Source: an uncultured Enterobacterales bacterium
GTDB taxonomy: Bacteria; Myxococcota_A; UBA796; JAFGLY01
Direction of reading: 5' to 3'
DNA length: 64,000 bases
Assembly (NCBI GenBank): GCA_964454135.1
Contig: CAYVQL010000012.1
Coordinates: forward strand, 11-64,010
Part shown: piece after piece, positions 38,141 through 50,140 of the stretch
How the letters are laid out: the number at the start of each line of letters is the position of its first letter
Position numbering within the stretch: position 1 is the first letter of the stretch
Notes under the pieces: generated by a model
Told to the model about the DNA's origin: nothing
Database searches by the model: none
The model's input: only the letters and a program-made list of their open reading frames with translations
Translations under genes and position numbers: made by a program

Positions 38141-40549
38141 GTGCCCCTGCTCCCCCTCGCCCTGCTGCTGTCGGCCGCCCAGGCCCACTACCCCCACGAC
38201 GTGGCGGCCTGGGTGGCGGTCTCGCCCGGGACCGAGCCGCGCTGGGTGATCACCACCCTGGTGCGCGAGGAGGCGCTCTACCTGCTGCGCAGCGAGAACC
38301 AGCGCGACTTCGCCGTGCGCTACGTGATGGACGGCGAAGACGGCGTGCGCAGCTGCGGCCGGCTGCTGGACGAGCAGCTGCTGGTGCTGGGCACCGACGG
38401 CCGCGGCCTCTGGGTCAGCGAGGACGCCGGCGACAGCTTCCAGCGCCAGGGCGACATCCCGCACGATGCCAGCGTGCTGGACATCGAGGTCTCTCCCGAG
38501 GTGCTGGAGGACGGCCTGGCCCTGGCCGCGGGATCGCAGCTCTGGCTGACGGAAGACGGCGGCCTGCGCTGGGAGCCGTTGCTGGAAGAGGGCGCGCCGG
38601 ATCTGCTGGACGTGGACCTCTCCCCCGACTGGAGCCAGGACGGCCGGGCCGCGGTCCTGGACGAAGAGGGCTGGGTGCTGACCAGCGAGGGCTTCGGCCA
38701 TAGCTGGCAAATAGGCGCCCAGCTCCCGGGCAGCCCCGCTGGCGTAGCCGTGGGGCCCGGCCAGCGCATCTGGGGCGCCAGCTTCGACCAGGGCCTGTGG
38801 CTGAGCGAGGACGGCGGCGACAGCTGGCAGGCCAGCACGCTCGGGGTCCGGGAAGTGGCCCTGGTGGCCGACCTGGGGGGCGGCCTGGTGCTGGCCGCGG
38901 CCAAGGATGAGGCGGTGTGGCGCTCGGAGGACGACGGTGCCAGCTGGGCGCTGCACAGCCGGGGCGTGGAAGAGACCGAGCCGGACCAGCCCTCGGACAA
39001 CTTGCACTACTTCGAGCTGCTCGAGGACGGCGACGGCGCCATCTGGATGGCCTCTTGGGAGGGGCTGCAGCGCTCGGCGGACCTGGGCCGCAGCTGGCGC
39101 GCCCTGCAGACCGAGGGCCCCTGGAACATCCGCTCGGTGGATCTCTCCTACGCTGCGGACGGCTCGCTGTTGGCCGTGCTGGGCACCTACGGCAGCGGCA
39201 TCACGGTCAATGCCCTGGATCTCTCTCGCGTCGAGACCTTCAGCCAGAGCCTGCTCAAGCTCTACGTACGCCGCGCCGCCGCCCCGCGGGACTGGGACGC
39301 CGCTGGCAGCGCCTTCTTGACCTCCAGTGGCGGATTGTTCGCCACGACGGACGGCGGGCTGACCTGGGATGACCTGGAGCGCGCTGGGCTGGAGCAGGCC
39401 GAGCGCCTGCGGCTGGCGCCCGATTTTCTGCAGGACCCGACCGTGCTGGTCTCGGGCGCCCAGGGCGGGCTGGCCAGCTTCGCGGTCTCCGAAGACGCAG
39501 GGGCCAGCTGGCGCTTGGGCAGCACGGACCAGGACTGCGAGGCCACGGGGACCGCCCTGGCGCTGTCGCCCACCTGGAGCCAGGACGGCACGGCCTGGGG
39601 CTCGTGCTATGCGCCGGGCGTGGTCTTCCGCAGCACGGATCGGGGGCGGACCTGGTCGGCACGGGGCGAGGTGGATGCCGGAGTCTTCGGCTTGGCCGTG
39701 GCGTCCGGGGGCGAGCTGGCGCTGGCGGCTGCCGCCAATGGGCTGCACATCCTGGAAGGGGAGAGCTCGCCCCGCTTGCTGGCCTTCGGGGAACAGGCCG
39801 TCTTCGATGTGGCGCTATCGCCCGGCTGGCCCGAGGACGCCGCCATCTACGCCCTGGTGGCCGGCGAGGGCTGGCAGCGCAGCGAGGACGGTGGCGAAAG
39901 CTGGACGGAGCTGCCGGCGCCCAGCCAGGACGCCCCCCGCGCCATCGCGCTCTCCCCCGATTTCTCCGACGACGGCACCCTGGTCGTGGCCGGCTACGGC
40001 GGCGCCTGGGCCAGCCAGGACCGGGGCGACAGCTGGTTTTCGGTGCACGCCGTGGAGTGGTACGACCAGGACGACCCCGCCTGGCGCGACGACGGCCGCT
40101 GGGAGCGCAAGCACGAGGGCAGCCAGGGCTGGCTGAAGGCCGACGGCGCGGGCGCCGAGCTGGCCTTCGGCTTCCGCGGGATCGGGGTGGAGCTGCTGGC
40201 CTACACCAGCCGCGGCGGCGGCCAGTTGCTGGCACAGCTGGACGGGGGCCAGGAGCGGCTGGTCTCCCTGGTGGGCGAGGCCGGGGACGCGCAGGAGGTG
40301 CTGGCCTACCGGGACCTGGAGGACGATTGGCACGAGCTGCGCCTCGCCGTGCTCTCGGGCGAGGCCAAGCTGGACGGGGCGCGCGTGTGGCGGTTGGAGC
40401 TGCAGCAGGAAGAGGAGATCGAGGGCTGCGGCTGCGCGCAAGCGGGAAGGCGGGGGGCGGCCGGAGTCCTGCTGCTGGGGTGCCTGCTGTGGTTGCGCGG
40501 CCGGCGCTGGGGGGCCTACGCGTGGCCTCAGGGGATGACCAGCAGGTAG
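38141..40549 (+). CDS. BNR/Asp-box beta-propeller surface protein with MYXO-CTERM-like tail
   Basis: Many SxDGGxSW Asp boxes; signal peptide; C-terminal GCGC...LLLGCLLWLRGRR. Confidence 0.85.
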   Translation: MPLLPLALLLSAAQAHYPHDVAAWVAVSPGTEPRWVITTLVREEALYLLRSENQRDFAVRYVMDGEDGVRSCGRLLDEQLLVLGTDGRGLWVSEDAGDSFQRQGDIPHDASVLDIEVSPEVLEDGLALAAGSQLWLTEDGGLRWEPLLEEGAPDLLDVDLSPDWSQDGRAAVLDEEGWVLTSEGFGHSWQIGAQLPGSPAGVAVGPGQRIWGASFDQGLWLSEDGGDSWQASTLGVREVALVADLGGGLVLAAAKDEAVWRSEDDGASWALHSRGVEETEPDQPSDNLHYFELLEDGDGAIWMASWEGLQRSADLGRSWRALQTEGPWNIRSVDLSYAADGSLLAVLGTYGSGITVNALDLSRVETFSQSLLKLYVRRAAAPRDWDAAGSAFLTSSGGLFATTDGGLTWDDLERAGLEQAERLRLAPDFLQDPTVLVSGAQGGLASFAVSEDAGASWRLGSTDQDCEATGTALALSPTWSQDGTAWGSCYAPGVVFRSTDRGRTWSARGEVDAGVFGLAVASGGELALAAAANGLHILEGESSPRLLAFGEQAVFDVALSPGWPEDAAIYALVAGEGWQRSEDGGESWTELPAPSQDAPRAIALSPDFSDDGTLVVAGYGGAWASQDRGDSWFSVHAVEWYDQDDPAWRDDGRWERKHEGSQGWLKADGAGAELAFGFRGIGVELLAYTSRGGGQLLAQLDGGQERLVSLVGEAGDAQEVLAYRDLEDDWHELRLAVLSGEAKLDGARVWRLELQQEEEIEGCGCAQAGRRGAAGVLLLGCLLWLRGRRWGAYAWPQGMTSR

Positions 40550-40884
40550 TCGTACGCCTGCACTTCTTCTCCCGAAGCGGCTTGGCAGGTGTGGATGCTC
40601 CCCCATTGGTTCTCGCAGTCGTCGAGGCAGTCCCCGTCCCCCTCGAACAGCGCGTCGCTCGTGGTCAGCGCAGTTGGCAGGTCCGCGTAGTTTTCGCAGA
40701 TGGGCCTGGTGTCGGGCAGCAGCGTGCCGCATTGGCTGCCGCAGATCACGACGACGCATCGCTCGTCGCGCTCCGTGCAGATCCCCTCTCCCTGCTCCTG
40801 AAGCTCCGTGCAGATCTCGCCCGGCGTGGGGCCTCCGCAGCCGCAGCCCAGAGCCAGGCACGTGATGAACAGCCGCATCGTCAT
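40528..40884 (-). CDS. Small Cys-rich lipoprotein
   Basis: AGGAGG RBS, MTMRLFITCLALGC, multiple Cys. Confidence 0.7.
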   Translation of the reverse strand: MTMRLFITCLALGCGCGGPTPGEICTELQEQGEGICTERDERCVVVICGSQCGTLLPDTRPICENYADLPTALTTSDALFEGDGDCLDDCENQWGSIHTCQAASGEEVQAYDYLLVIP

Positions 40885-40895
40885 CGCCTCCTTTT

Positions 40896-41462
40896 TCAGA
40901 ACATCGTCCTGCAGGTCACGCTTCTGCCCAGCACCGCGCCCAGCACCACCAGGCGCTCCCCCACGTCGCGGGTCAGCGGCGCGTACTCCAGGCGCAGCAC
41001 CGTGTGGGGCACGGTGTCCAGGCGCCCGAAGACCGCCAGCGGGCGCTTTCCGTCCGCCCTGGCCAGGGGAATCCAGCCCGGCGACTGCCCCCATTCCAGG
41101 CCGAAGCGCCGCCCCTTGGCGTCCAGCAGCCAGCGCTTGGGAGGCCTGAAGCTGAGCCAGCGGGGTCGCAGGCGGCCGGCGTATGCGCCATCGGCGCGGA
41201 TGACGAAGCGGCTCGGCCAGCCCTCGATCACCATCAGCGCCCGCTTGTCGTCGTCTTCGACCACGTGGTCCGCCCTGGCGTGCCCCGCCGGATCGTAGCC
41301 CTGGCGGCTGCGGAAGCGCAGGCTGACTTCCGGCCACTGGGGGCTGTCGATCCAGGCCCGATCCGGCTCCTCGAAGCCCCAGGCGGCGGCTCCCCAGCGG
41401 AAGTGCACGTCCACTGTGGACGCACGTTCCACGAAGGCCGCCATGGTGTGCCATGTCTCCAT
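40896..41462 (-). CDS. Hypothetical protein
   Basis: 188-aa ORF in a high-GC3 frame, co-oriented with the downstream lipoprotein. Confidence 0.6.
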   Translation of the reverse strand: METWHTMAAFVERASTVDVHFRWGAAAWGFEEPDRAWIDSPQWPEVSLRFRSRQGYDPAGHARADHVVEDDDKRALMVIEGWPSRFVIRADGAYAGRLRPRWLSFRPPKRWLLDAKGRRFGLEWGQSPGWIPLARADGKRPLAVFGRLDTVPHTVLRLEYAPLTRDVGERLVVLGAVLGRSVTCRTMF

Positions 41463-41561
41463 GCTTCGAATCCTATCCGCTCACTCGCAGCCGGCGTCAC
41501 CTCAGAATCAACCTCCGACGGCGACCAGCCAGGCTATATTCCGGCCCCCGGAGGTGCTCGC

Positions 41562-43905
<2,344 letters not shown>

Positions 43906-43922
<17 letters not shown>

Positions 43923-44286
43923 CGGGCGAGGCTTCGGCCGGCGTCGCCCCTCGTTCCAGCGAGCGCTGGGCGACACGGCCCGGCTGCAGCGCGCGCTCCA
44001 GCTCCTGGGCGATGCGCCGGCCCACCTCGGGCTCACCGCAGGTGAAGATGTCGAGGGCTGCGTAGCCGCGCTCGGGCCAGGTGTGCAGGGCCAGGTGGCT
44101 CTCGGCCAGCACCAGGAAGCCGCTGACCCCATGCGGTTCGAAGCGGTGGAAGCGCGCCTCCACCACCTGGGCGCCCCCCCTGGTGGCCGCTGCCACCAGC
44201 GCCTGCCGCAGTTCGACCGGATCGTCCAGTCTCTGCGCGGGCAGATCCCAGAAATCCAACAGCAGCTGATGCCCGAGCGGCAGCAT
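43906..44286 (-). CDS. speD: S-adenosylmethionine decarboxylase proenzyme
   Basis: HRFEPHGVSG..VLAESHLALHTWPE.GYAALDIFTCG (E-S cleavage site); alternative start 44331. Confidence 0.92.
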
Positions 44287-44423
44287 GGAAAGCGCCTCCT
44301 CGGCGTCAATCGAGCGGGATTTCGATATCATGGCCCGCAGGGACCAGCCATGGCGGCGCCATTTGCGCTACACTGCCCGGCGACAGACCCGACGCTCATC
44401 CCTGCTCGCTATGGAGGCCAAGG

Positions 44424-44945
44424 ATGACCTCGCTTCGTGGATTCGCCCCCATCCTCGCCCTCGCCCTCGCCACGCTCGCGTCCGCTTGCGTGCAGACCCC
44501 GGGCCAAGGTCAGCCCCAGGCTGGCCAGGGCGGCCCCCGGGACCTGGCCCAGGTCGAGGCGCAGCGCAGCCAGCAAGAGGTGGCGGCTGGTGAGCACATC
44601 GCCATCTCGGGAACCATCACGGGGAAGGACTGCACGCGTGAGGTGCGCCTGGACATGATCGGCGCTCGCGACCCGAACGCCAAGCCCCAGGGCGAGCCCG
44701 AAGGGCCGCTGACCGCGCTGAAGATCGATGGCCCGGGGGAGTTCTCGGGCGTGGCGCCCAAGGTCTCCAGCCTGACGCTGGTGGCGCTCTGCGACAAGGA
44801 CGGCGATGGCAGGATCGTGGCCGGCGAGGACCTGCTGGGCGCGCAGCACGACCTGGACGCCAGTCAGGGAGACCTGTCGGGCATTGAGCTGGTCCTGGAG
44901 GCCTACGTGGCCCGTGGCCCCGGGGGACCGGGCCAGGCCCAGTAG
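44424..44945 (+). CDS. Hypothetical lipoprotein
   Basis: GGAGG RBS, lipobox LASAC, DKDGDG motif. Confidence 0.75.
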   Translation: MTSLRGFAPILALALATLASACVQTPGQGQPQAGQGGPRDLAQVEAQRSQQEVAAGEHIAISGTITGKDCTREVRLDMIGARDPNAKPQGEPEGPLTALKIDGPGEFSGVAPKVSSLTLVALCDKDGDGRIVAGEDLLGAQHDLDASQGDLSGIELVLEAYVARGPGGPGQAQ

Positions 44946-44948
44946 GAC

Positions 44949-45551
44949 TCAGCGCTCCCCGCCCCGCAAGCTGCGCGAAAAGGCCAGCACCGCCGCCTCC
45001 TGCTCCGGCGTCTCGATGGATCCGGGCCGCAGTCGCCGGATCTCCTGGATGGCCTCCACTCCCTCCATGCCCTGCCAGACGAACCAGGACGCCAGCATGG
45101 TGCCTGTGCGCCCCATCCCTGCCGTGCAGTGCACCCCCACGGGTCGGCCCTGGGCCAACGAGGCCTCGTTGCGCCTGGCGAACTGGTTCATCTGCCCCAG
45201 TCCGGGGGGCGTGAAGTCGGCCACCGGCAGGTGCAGCAGCTCCATGCCATGGGCCTTCAGCTCCTTCTCCGAGGTGGGCTCTTCGGTCAGCGAGACCAAC
45301 AGGCGCAGGCCCTGCCCTTGCAGGAAGGCCAGATCCTCGTCCAGGCTGCGCGCCAGCCCCGGCTGCGCCATGCCCGCCAGCTGCTCGGCCTGCACCCAGG
45401 AGAAGTTGAGCACGTCGGCCTCCTCTTCGGGGTCGGGGCTCTGCGGCGCGGTGCCTGGCTTGGTCTCTTGCTGCTCCGGCTCGTACCGCACGTCGCCCTG
45501 GCAGCCCGCCATCAAGCCCAGCAGCAGGAACAGCAGGGAAGGGGCAGCCAT
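44949..45551 (-). CDS. Dual-specificity protein phosphatase with lipoprotein signal
   Basis: NFSWV, DFTPP, VHCTAGMGRTG (CX5R), RPGSIET..QE; N-terminal LMAGC. Confidence 0.9.
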   Translation of the reverse strand: MAAPSLLFLLLGLMAGCQGDVRYEPEQQETKPGTAPQSPDPEEEADVLNFSWVQAEQLAGMAQPGLARSLDEDLAFLQGQGLRLLVSLTEEPTSEKELKAHGMELLHLPVADFTPPGLGQMNQFARRNEASLAQGRPVGVHCTAGMGRTGTMLASWFVWQGMEGVEAIQEIRRLRPGSIETPEQEAAVLAFSRSLRGGER

Positions 45552-46285
45552 CAGCGGCGCTGCAGGCGCATCAGCAGGGTCAGGATGTTCCAGAACAGGA
45601 TCAGCACGCCCATGGTGATCATATAGGCGCCCTCGACGTGCATGTCCGTGCGCAGGCGGTGCAGCACCTGGTTGACCTGGTAGAGCAGGCCGGCCGCCGA
45701 GACGATCACGAAGAGGCCCGAGACGGCGATGCCGATGGGGCCGCCGATGGGGTAGACGAAGCTGATGCCCATCAGGATGAGCATGGGCAGGAAGAGCATG
45801 GAGAGCCCGGCCTTCACGAAGGAGAGCTCTCGCGGGTTGGCCCACAGGTAGATCACCATGCCGAAGGCCGTCAGGCCGGTCAGGGCCAGGGCCTCCATCA
45901 CCAGCAGGAAGGGATTGCCGAAGAGCGATGCGCCCATCAGCATGGCGGCCAGCAGCAGGTAGCCCATGGCGATGCCCTGGAAGACCGCCCCCATGGCGAA
46001 GCCCAGCCAGCGGGCGGCCCCGCCGCTGAAGACCACCTTGCCAGCGACGTAGTTGGCGATGCCGTAGGAGCCCAGGATCACCACCAGGGAGATGATCCGG
46101 CCTTGCAGGAAGGGCAGCAGGTAGACGGCGCCGGCCGAGATCATGCCCGTGGCCATGGACAGGAAGAGGCCGGCGGCCGTCAGAAGCGCCACGCGCTTGA
46201 GATACTCGATGCGTTCGCTGGGAACGGCCTGGGCGAGGGGACGGGCGGCTGCAGCTGGAAAGGCCATCGGTTCCTCCTTTTCCAC
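45551..46285 (-). CDS. Bax inhibitor-1/YccA family membrane protein
   Basis: About 7 TM helices, RIEYLKRV, LLYQVNQV, LFWNILTLL C-terminus. Confidence 0.8.
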   Translation of the reverse strand: MEKEEPMAFPAAAARPLAQAVPSERIEYLKRVALLTAAGLFLSMATGMISAGAVYLLPFLQGRIISLVVILGSYGIANYVAGKVVFSGGAARWLGFAMGAVFQGIAMGYLLLAAMLMGASLFGNPFLLVMEALALTGLTAFGMVIYLWANPRELSFVKAGLSMLFLPMLILMGISFVYPIGGPIGIAVSGLFVIVSAAGLLYQVNQVLHRLRTDMHVEGAYMITMGVLILFWNILTLLMRLQRR

Positions 46286-46337
46286 CGGGTGGGAGTGCCC
46301 CTATCCCGGCACCGGAGCGAGAGGTAGCCGGGCGAGC

Positions 46338-48722
46338 CTACAACAACCCCAGCAACACCCGACCCTCGGCGCTGCCATCCGCCAGGGCTCGCAGCTCCGC
46401 GCTGGGGGTGAGCGCTTCACCTCGCTCGGCCGCCTCCAGGGCTGCCAGGACCAGGGCCGCCGCGGGCTGGGCCCGGCGGCCCTGCAGCCAGCGGGCCGCC
46501 TTGAGCACGGCGCGGCGGCGCAGGCCCTTGCGGCGCGTGTGGCCCAGCAGCAGCAGGGCCAGCAGGGCGGCGGCCGTGCGGCGCAGATCGCCGCCGAAGC
46601 TGCCATCGGCGCCCTGGCTGCGGGCCAGCCGGCCGGCGGGATCCGCGGAGGCTCCTCCACCCCAGGCGTCCTCGTCGGCGGGGCAGGCGGCGGCTTCGGC
46701 GGGCGGCGGCGGTGCGGGAGAGGCCTCCTCGGCGCACGCCCTGGGGGCATCCATCATGGCATCCATCACCGCGCCCAGCGCCTTGCGCGGGCTGCGGCCC
46801 AGGCGCTGGCGCCTGACCCTGCGGCGGATCTGCTGGCCGCTGGCCGGAGCGGCGGCGCAGGCCAGCGTGGTGGCTGCCCTGGGGGCTGGAGCGGCCGGCT
46901 GGCGGAAGCGCTCGTCCCAGTCGGCGGGCAGCTCCGCCGGCTGGACCAGCTCCACGCGCTCTCCCTCGTGGCTGCGGCTCGTCTCCACGGCCACGAAGGC
47001 CGTGAAGCGCGAGGCGATGCCGTGCTCGAGCGCGATGCGCAGGATCTCGGGGCGCAGGGCCTCCTCTTCGAAGGGCTTCAGGGTCAAGCGCTCCTCCAGG
47101 GCCGCGATGCGCTCGCGGGCCCAGAGGGCGCCCAGGGGCTGTTCCACGCGCTGCGGCTCCACCTGCCACGCGATGGGACCGCTGGGGCCGCGCCCCTTGA
47201 TCTTCAGCTGCTCGGGCGCGCCCTCCAGCAGCAGGGAGGCGGGGCGCCCGGCGAAGAGCGTGGCCGGCCGCAGCCGCGCCGCGCTGTGCCCCTCGATGAC
47301 GATCTCCTCCACCAGGGGGCTGCCGAAGCGGGCCTCCAGGCGGGCCACCACGGCCTCGATGTCGTCGCGCGGGGTGGTCAGCTCGCAGGTGCCGCCCCCT
47401 ACGTCCGCCAGCTTGCGCAGCAGCGAGGCGTTGACCGCCGTGTCGATGCCCAGGGTGTGGAAGCGGGCGGTCTGGCGGCGGTTGGCCACCGCGGCCACCA
47501 GCTCGGCCTCGTTCCAGGCCTGGCCATCCGTGATGAAGAGCACGCTGCGCGTGCGTCGCTCCGGAGTCTCGCCGTCCAGGGCCGCGCGGATGGCGGGCAG
47601 CATCTCGGTGCCGCCGCGGGCCCGCAGGGCGTCCACCCAGCGATCGGCGCGCGCCAGGGCTCGCTCGTCGTAGCCGGTGAAGTCGGGGGCGAAGCGCTCG
47701 ATGCGGTTGTCGAAGGCTACCAGCTGGAAGCGGTCTTTGGGCATCAGGCCGTGCAGGGCCGAGCGCAGGGCCAGCTTGGCGGCCTCCATCTTGCCGCCGT
47801 GCATGGAGCCGGAGATGTCCACCACGAAGACCGCGTCACGCGGCAGCGACTCGGGCAGCTCCACGGACGGCGGCTCCACGATGACCAGGGTGTGGCTGCC
47901 GTCGCTGAAGGCGCGGGCGCCCGCGCGATCAGCTTCGGCGGTGGTGAAGGAGAGCGCGAAATCCCGGTCCAGGCTGGCGCGCCCGGATGGGGCCACGCGT
48001 ACGCCACCTTCGTCCAGGTCCATGCGTACCGCGTGCAGCGACGAGGCCAGGCTGCGACAGGGGCCCGCCACGCTCACCTCCAGATCCAGCGTGGTCCCGC
48101 CCTCCAGGCGCAGGGGCGGCTGCAGGCGCGATGCGTCCGGGACACGGTCCGAGTCCGGCAGCACGCCTGGCCCCTTGTGGCCCATCGGCTCCCCCGGCAG
48201 GTAGCGCGGGGCGATGGTGGTGGGGAAGCGCCAGCGCAGCTGGCCGTCCGTCGCCTCGAGGCGCTCCACCACCACGATGCGCACGGTCACCTCTTCTCCA
48301 GGCGGCAGGTTGGTGACGCGCAGCGTGTGCACGTCGTCGCGCTCGGCCTCCAGCAGGGCGGCCCGCTGTCCGGCCTGGCGGGCTTCTTCGAAGCGCTGCT
48401 GCGCTTCCTTCCGCTCGCGGCAGTCGGCCTGCACCGTCAGCTCGCCGCAGCGCAGCTGCAGCTCCGTCACCGCGCCGCGCTCGGGCAGAGGAAAGATGTG
48501 CACCGCCTCCATGGCCGTCCGGAGCTTGTTCTCGAAGCGCTGCTCCACCACGGTGCGGGCGCAGTCGCCTGCCAGCGAGGCGCGCACCTTGACTTCAGCC
48601 AGGGGCAGGGCCTGTTCCTGGCCCTGGGCGCGGGCCAGCAGCCCTCCCAGGCCCCTGGGATCGCGGGGACTGTCCTGCAGGATGGCGGGCTGGGGATCAA
48701 TCGTCCGTGCGGTTGCGCTCAT
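46338..48722 (-). CDS. VIT and vWA domain protein (copy 1)
   Basis: VEQRFEN...EAVHIFPLP VIT; DISGSM MIDAS, GGTEM, ITDG. Confidence 0.92.
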   Translation of the reverse strand: MSATARTIDPQPAILQDSPRDPRGLGGLLARAQGQEQALPLAEVKVRASLAGDCARTVVEQRFENKLRTAMEAVHIFPLPERGAVTELQLRCGELTVQADCRERKEAQQRFEEARQAGQRAALLEAERDDVHTLRVTNLPPGEEVTVRIVVVERLEATDGQLRWRFPTTIAPRYLPGEPMGHKGPGVLPDSDRVPDASRLQPPLRLEGGTTLDLEVSVAGPCRSLASSLHAVRMDLDEGGVRVAPSGRASLDRDFALSFTTAEADRAGARAFSDGSHTLVIVEPPSVELPESLPRDAVFVVDISGSMHGGKMEAAKLALRSALHGLMPKDRFQLVAFDNRIERFAPDFTGYDERALARADRWVDALRARGGTEMLPAIRAALDGETPERRTRSVLFITDGQAWNEAELVAAVANRRQTARFHTLGIDTAVNASLLRKLADVGGGTCELTTPRDDIEAVVARLEARFGSPLVEEIVIEGHSAARLRPATLFAGRPASLLLEGAPEQLKIKGRGPSGPIAWQVEPQRVEQPLGALWARERIAALEERLTLKPFEEEALRPEILRIALEHGIASRFTAFVAVETSRSHEGERVELVQPAELPADWDERFRQPAAPAPRAATTLACAAAPASGQQIRRRVRRQRLGRSPRKALGAVMDAMMDAPRACAEEASPAPPPPAEAAACPADEDAWGGGASADPAGRLARSQGADGSFGGDLRRTAAALLALLLLGHTRRKGLRRRAVLKAARWLQGRRAQPAAALVLAALEAAERGEALTPSAELRALADGSAEGRVLLGLL

Positions 48723-49236
48723 GGTCGTCCTCCGGGTTGGTGGGCTGCAGCAGGGCTGCGAGGCGGCGGATCAGGGCTTCGGGATCGGGGATGCGCTGGG
48801 GGTCAACGCTGAGAACCACGCCAGGAGCCAGCTCGGCGGCCAGCCAGCGAGCGGGTTCCACCGGCGCGGGCCGTGCGGGCGGCGGCGCGGCCTCGTGGGC
48901 GAGCGCTTCGCCCACTGCGACTTCCAGCTGTGCGGTGGGGGCGCCTGCCAGGGCCTGCTGACACTGGGCCAGCGAATGACCCTGGCCCTGCAGCAGCTTG
49001 ACGCAGACCGCCTGCAGCAAGCTGCGGTAGCCGTAGATGGCGCGGCGCCCGTCGTAGCGCACAGGGCGGTCCATCAGGCCCAGGGTCTGGTAGTAGCGCA
49101 GGGTGCGGACGTCCGGGAGCTGCGCCACGCGCTCGTCCTCGATGCCGGTGGCGTCGGCGAGCAGCGCGCCGGCCTCGTCGACCAGCGCTTGGAGCGCGAA
49201 CTCCCGGTCTCTCAGCGCTTGCAGGGGGTGGGTCAT
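48697..49236 (-). CDS. MerR-family HTH regulator (copy 1)
   Basis: PDVRTLRYYQTLGLMDRP...YG..LLQ..K.LQ.QG.SL. Confidence 0.88.
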   Translation of the reverse strand: MTHPLQALRDREFALQALVDEAGALLADATGIEDERVAQLPDVRTLRYYQTLGLMDRPVRYDGRRAIYGYRSLLQAVCVKLLQGQGHSLAQCQQALAGAPTAQLEVAVGEALAHEAAPPPARPAPVEPARWLAAELAPGVVLSVDPQRIPDPEALIRRLAALLQPTNPEDDHERNRTDD

Positions 49237-49242
49237 GGGCAC

Positions 49243-49271
49243 ACTGTAAAAGTAACAGTAATTACTGTCAA
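49243..49271 (-). promoter_or_regulatory. Sigma70 promoter with palindromic operator (copy 1)
   Basis: Minus strand TTGACA-N17-TACAGT; perfect palindrome ACAGTAATTACTGT at 49255-49268. Confidence 0.75.
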
Positions 49272-49424
49272 CGAAAAACTGAGCCTTCCGGCCCATATGA
49301 CTGGCTGGACCCGGCAGGAACGGGGTAGGGGTTCTGGATGGCGTGTCGCGCCATTCGGCAATGGCTCCGCCGGTCTTTCCGTTCCACGCGCCGGCGAGGC
49401 GCTTTCAATCGAGGGAGTGACGAC

Positions 49425-50000
49425 ATGAAGTACTTGGCTGCTGGTACGGCGATTCTGCTGGCATTGGGGCTCGGCTGCGCGGGCATGGGTGGAGGCGAGT
49501 TCACCTGCGAGGCGGACAGCAAGGCGTCCTCGCTGACGACCCCCTACAACGACATGTGCCTGCAGATCGGGGATGGCGAGGTCGAGCAGGACGGCACGGT
49601 GCTGCTGGCGGCCTGGGAGGACGGCGACGTCTCGGACGTCACCGAGGAATGGAACGAGAGCATCGAGGGCATGGGCTGGACCTGCACCGAGACCCTGGTG
49701 GAGGGCGCTGAGGGCTCCGATGCCGAGATCCACACGGTCAAGATCTACCAGAAGGATGGCACCGACGTGGGCTTCCTGACGGGCCAGGTCGAGGACGACG
49801 GCACCACCTACGCCTTCGTCTACATGGAGAACATCTCCGACAACTCCGAGGACTTCAAGGAGGACCGCGGCAAGTCCCGGCGCGAGAACGTGCGCAATCG
49901 CCGCCCGGGCAGGAAATCCGGCAAGAAGTCCTCTGGCAAGAAGTCCGGCTCGAAGAGCCGTACGGGCAAGGGCAAGGGCAAGGGCAAGGGCAGGCGCTAG
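49425..50000 (+). CDS. Acidic lipoprotein with basic Lys/Gly-rich tail (copy 1)
   Basis: GGAG RBS, MKYL...LGLGC lipobox, ends GKGKGKGKGRR. Confidence 0.8.
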   Translation: MKYLAAGTAILLALGLGCAGMGGGEFTCEADSKASSLTTPYNDMCLQIGDGEVEQDGTVLLAAWEDGDVSDVTEEWNESIEGMGWTCTETLVEGAEGSDAEIHTVKIYQKDGTDVGFLTGQVEDDGTTYAFVYMENISDNSEDFKEDRGKSRRENVRNRRPGRKSGKKSSGKKSGSKSRTGKGKGKGKGRR

Positions 50001-50006
50001 CCCCCA

Positions 50007-50030
50007 CGAGGCCCCGGCAGCGGGGCTTCG
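50007..50030 (+). terminator. Probable terminator hairpin (copy 1)
   Basis: CGAGGCCCCG-GCAG-CGGGGCTTCG just after the stop. Confidence 0.5.
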
Positions 50031-50140
50031 CCTTCGATTTCGTCTCCCCGCCGAGCGTCTGAGGCGCTGGCGGGGTGGACTGTCGTTCGCGCTGCGACTG
50101 GCGTATGATCCTGTTCGTCTTCCCTGCGCGAGGGCCCAGC

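Noticed and set aside
46143-48812. 889-aa plus-strand ORF, its copy and other long antisense ORFs (e.g. 32151..35159, 35917..38703, 41508..44309)
   Set aside because: Stop-poor shadow frames of real genes, typical of high-GC DNA
50046-50076. Hairpin upstream of the ferredoxin/AOR operon as a Moco/Wco riboswitch
   Set aside because: A single GC stem only; no multi-stem aptamer consensus discernible
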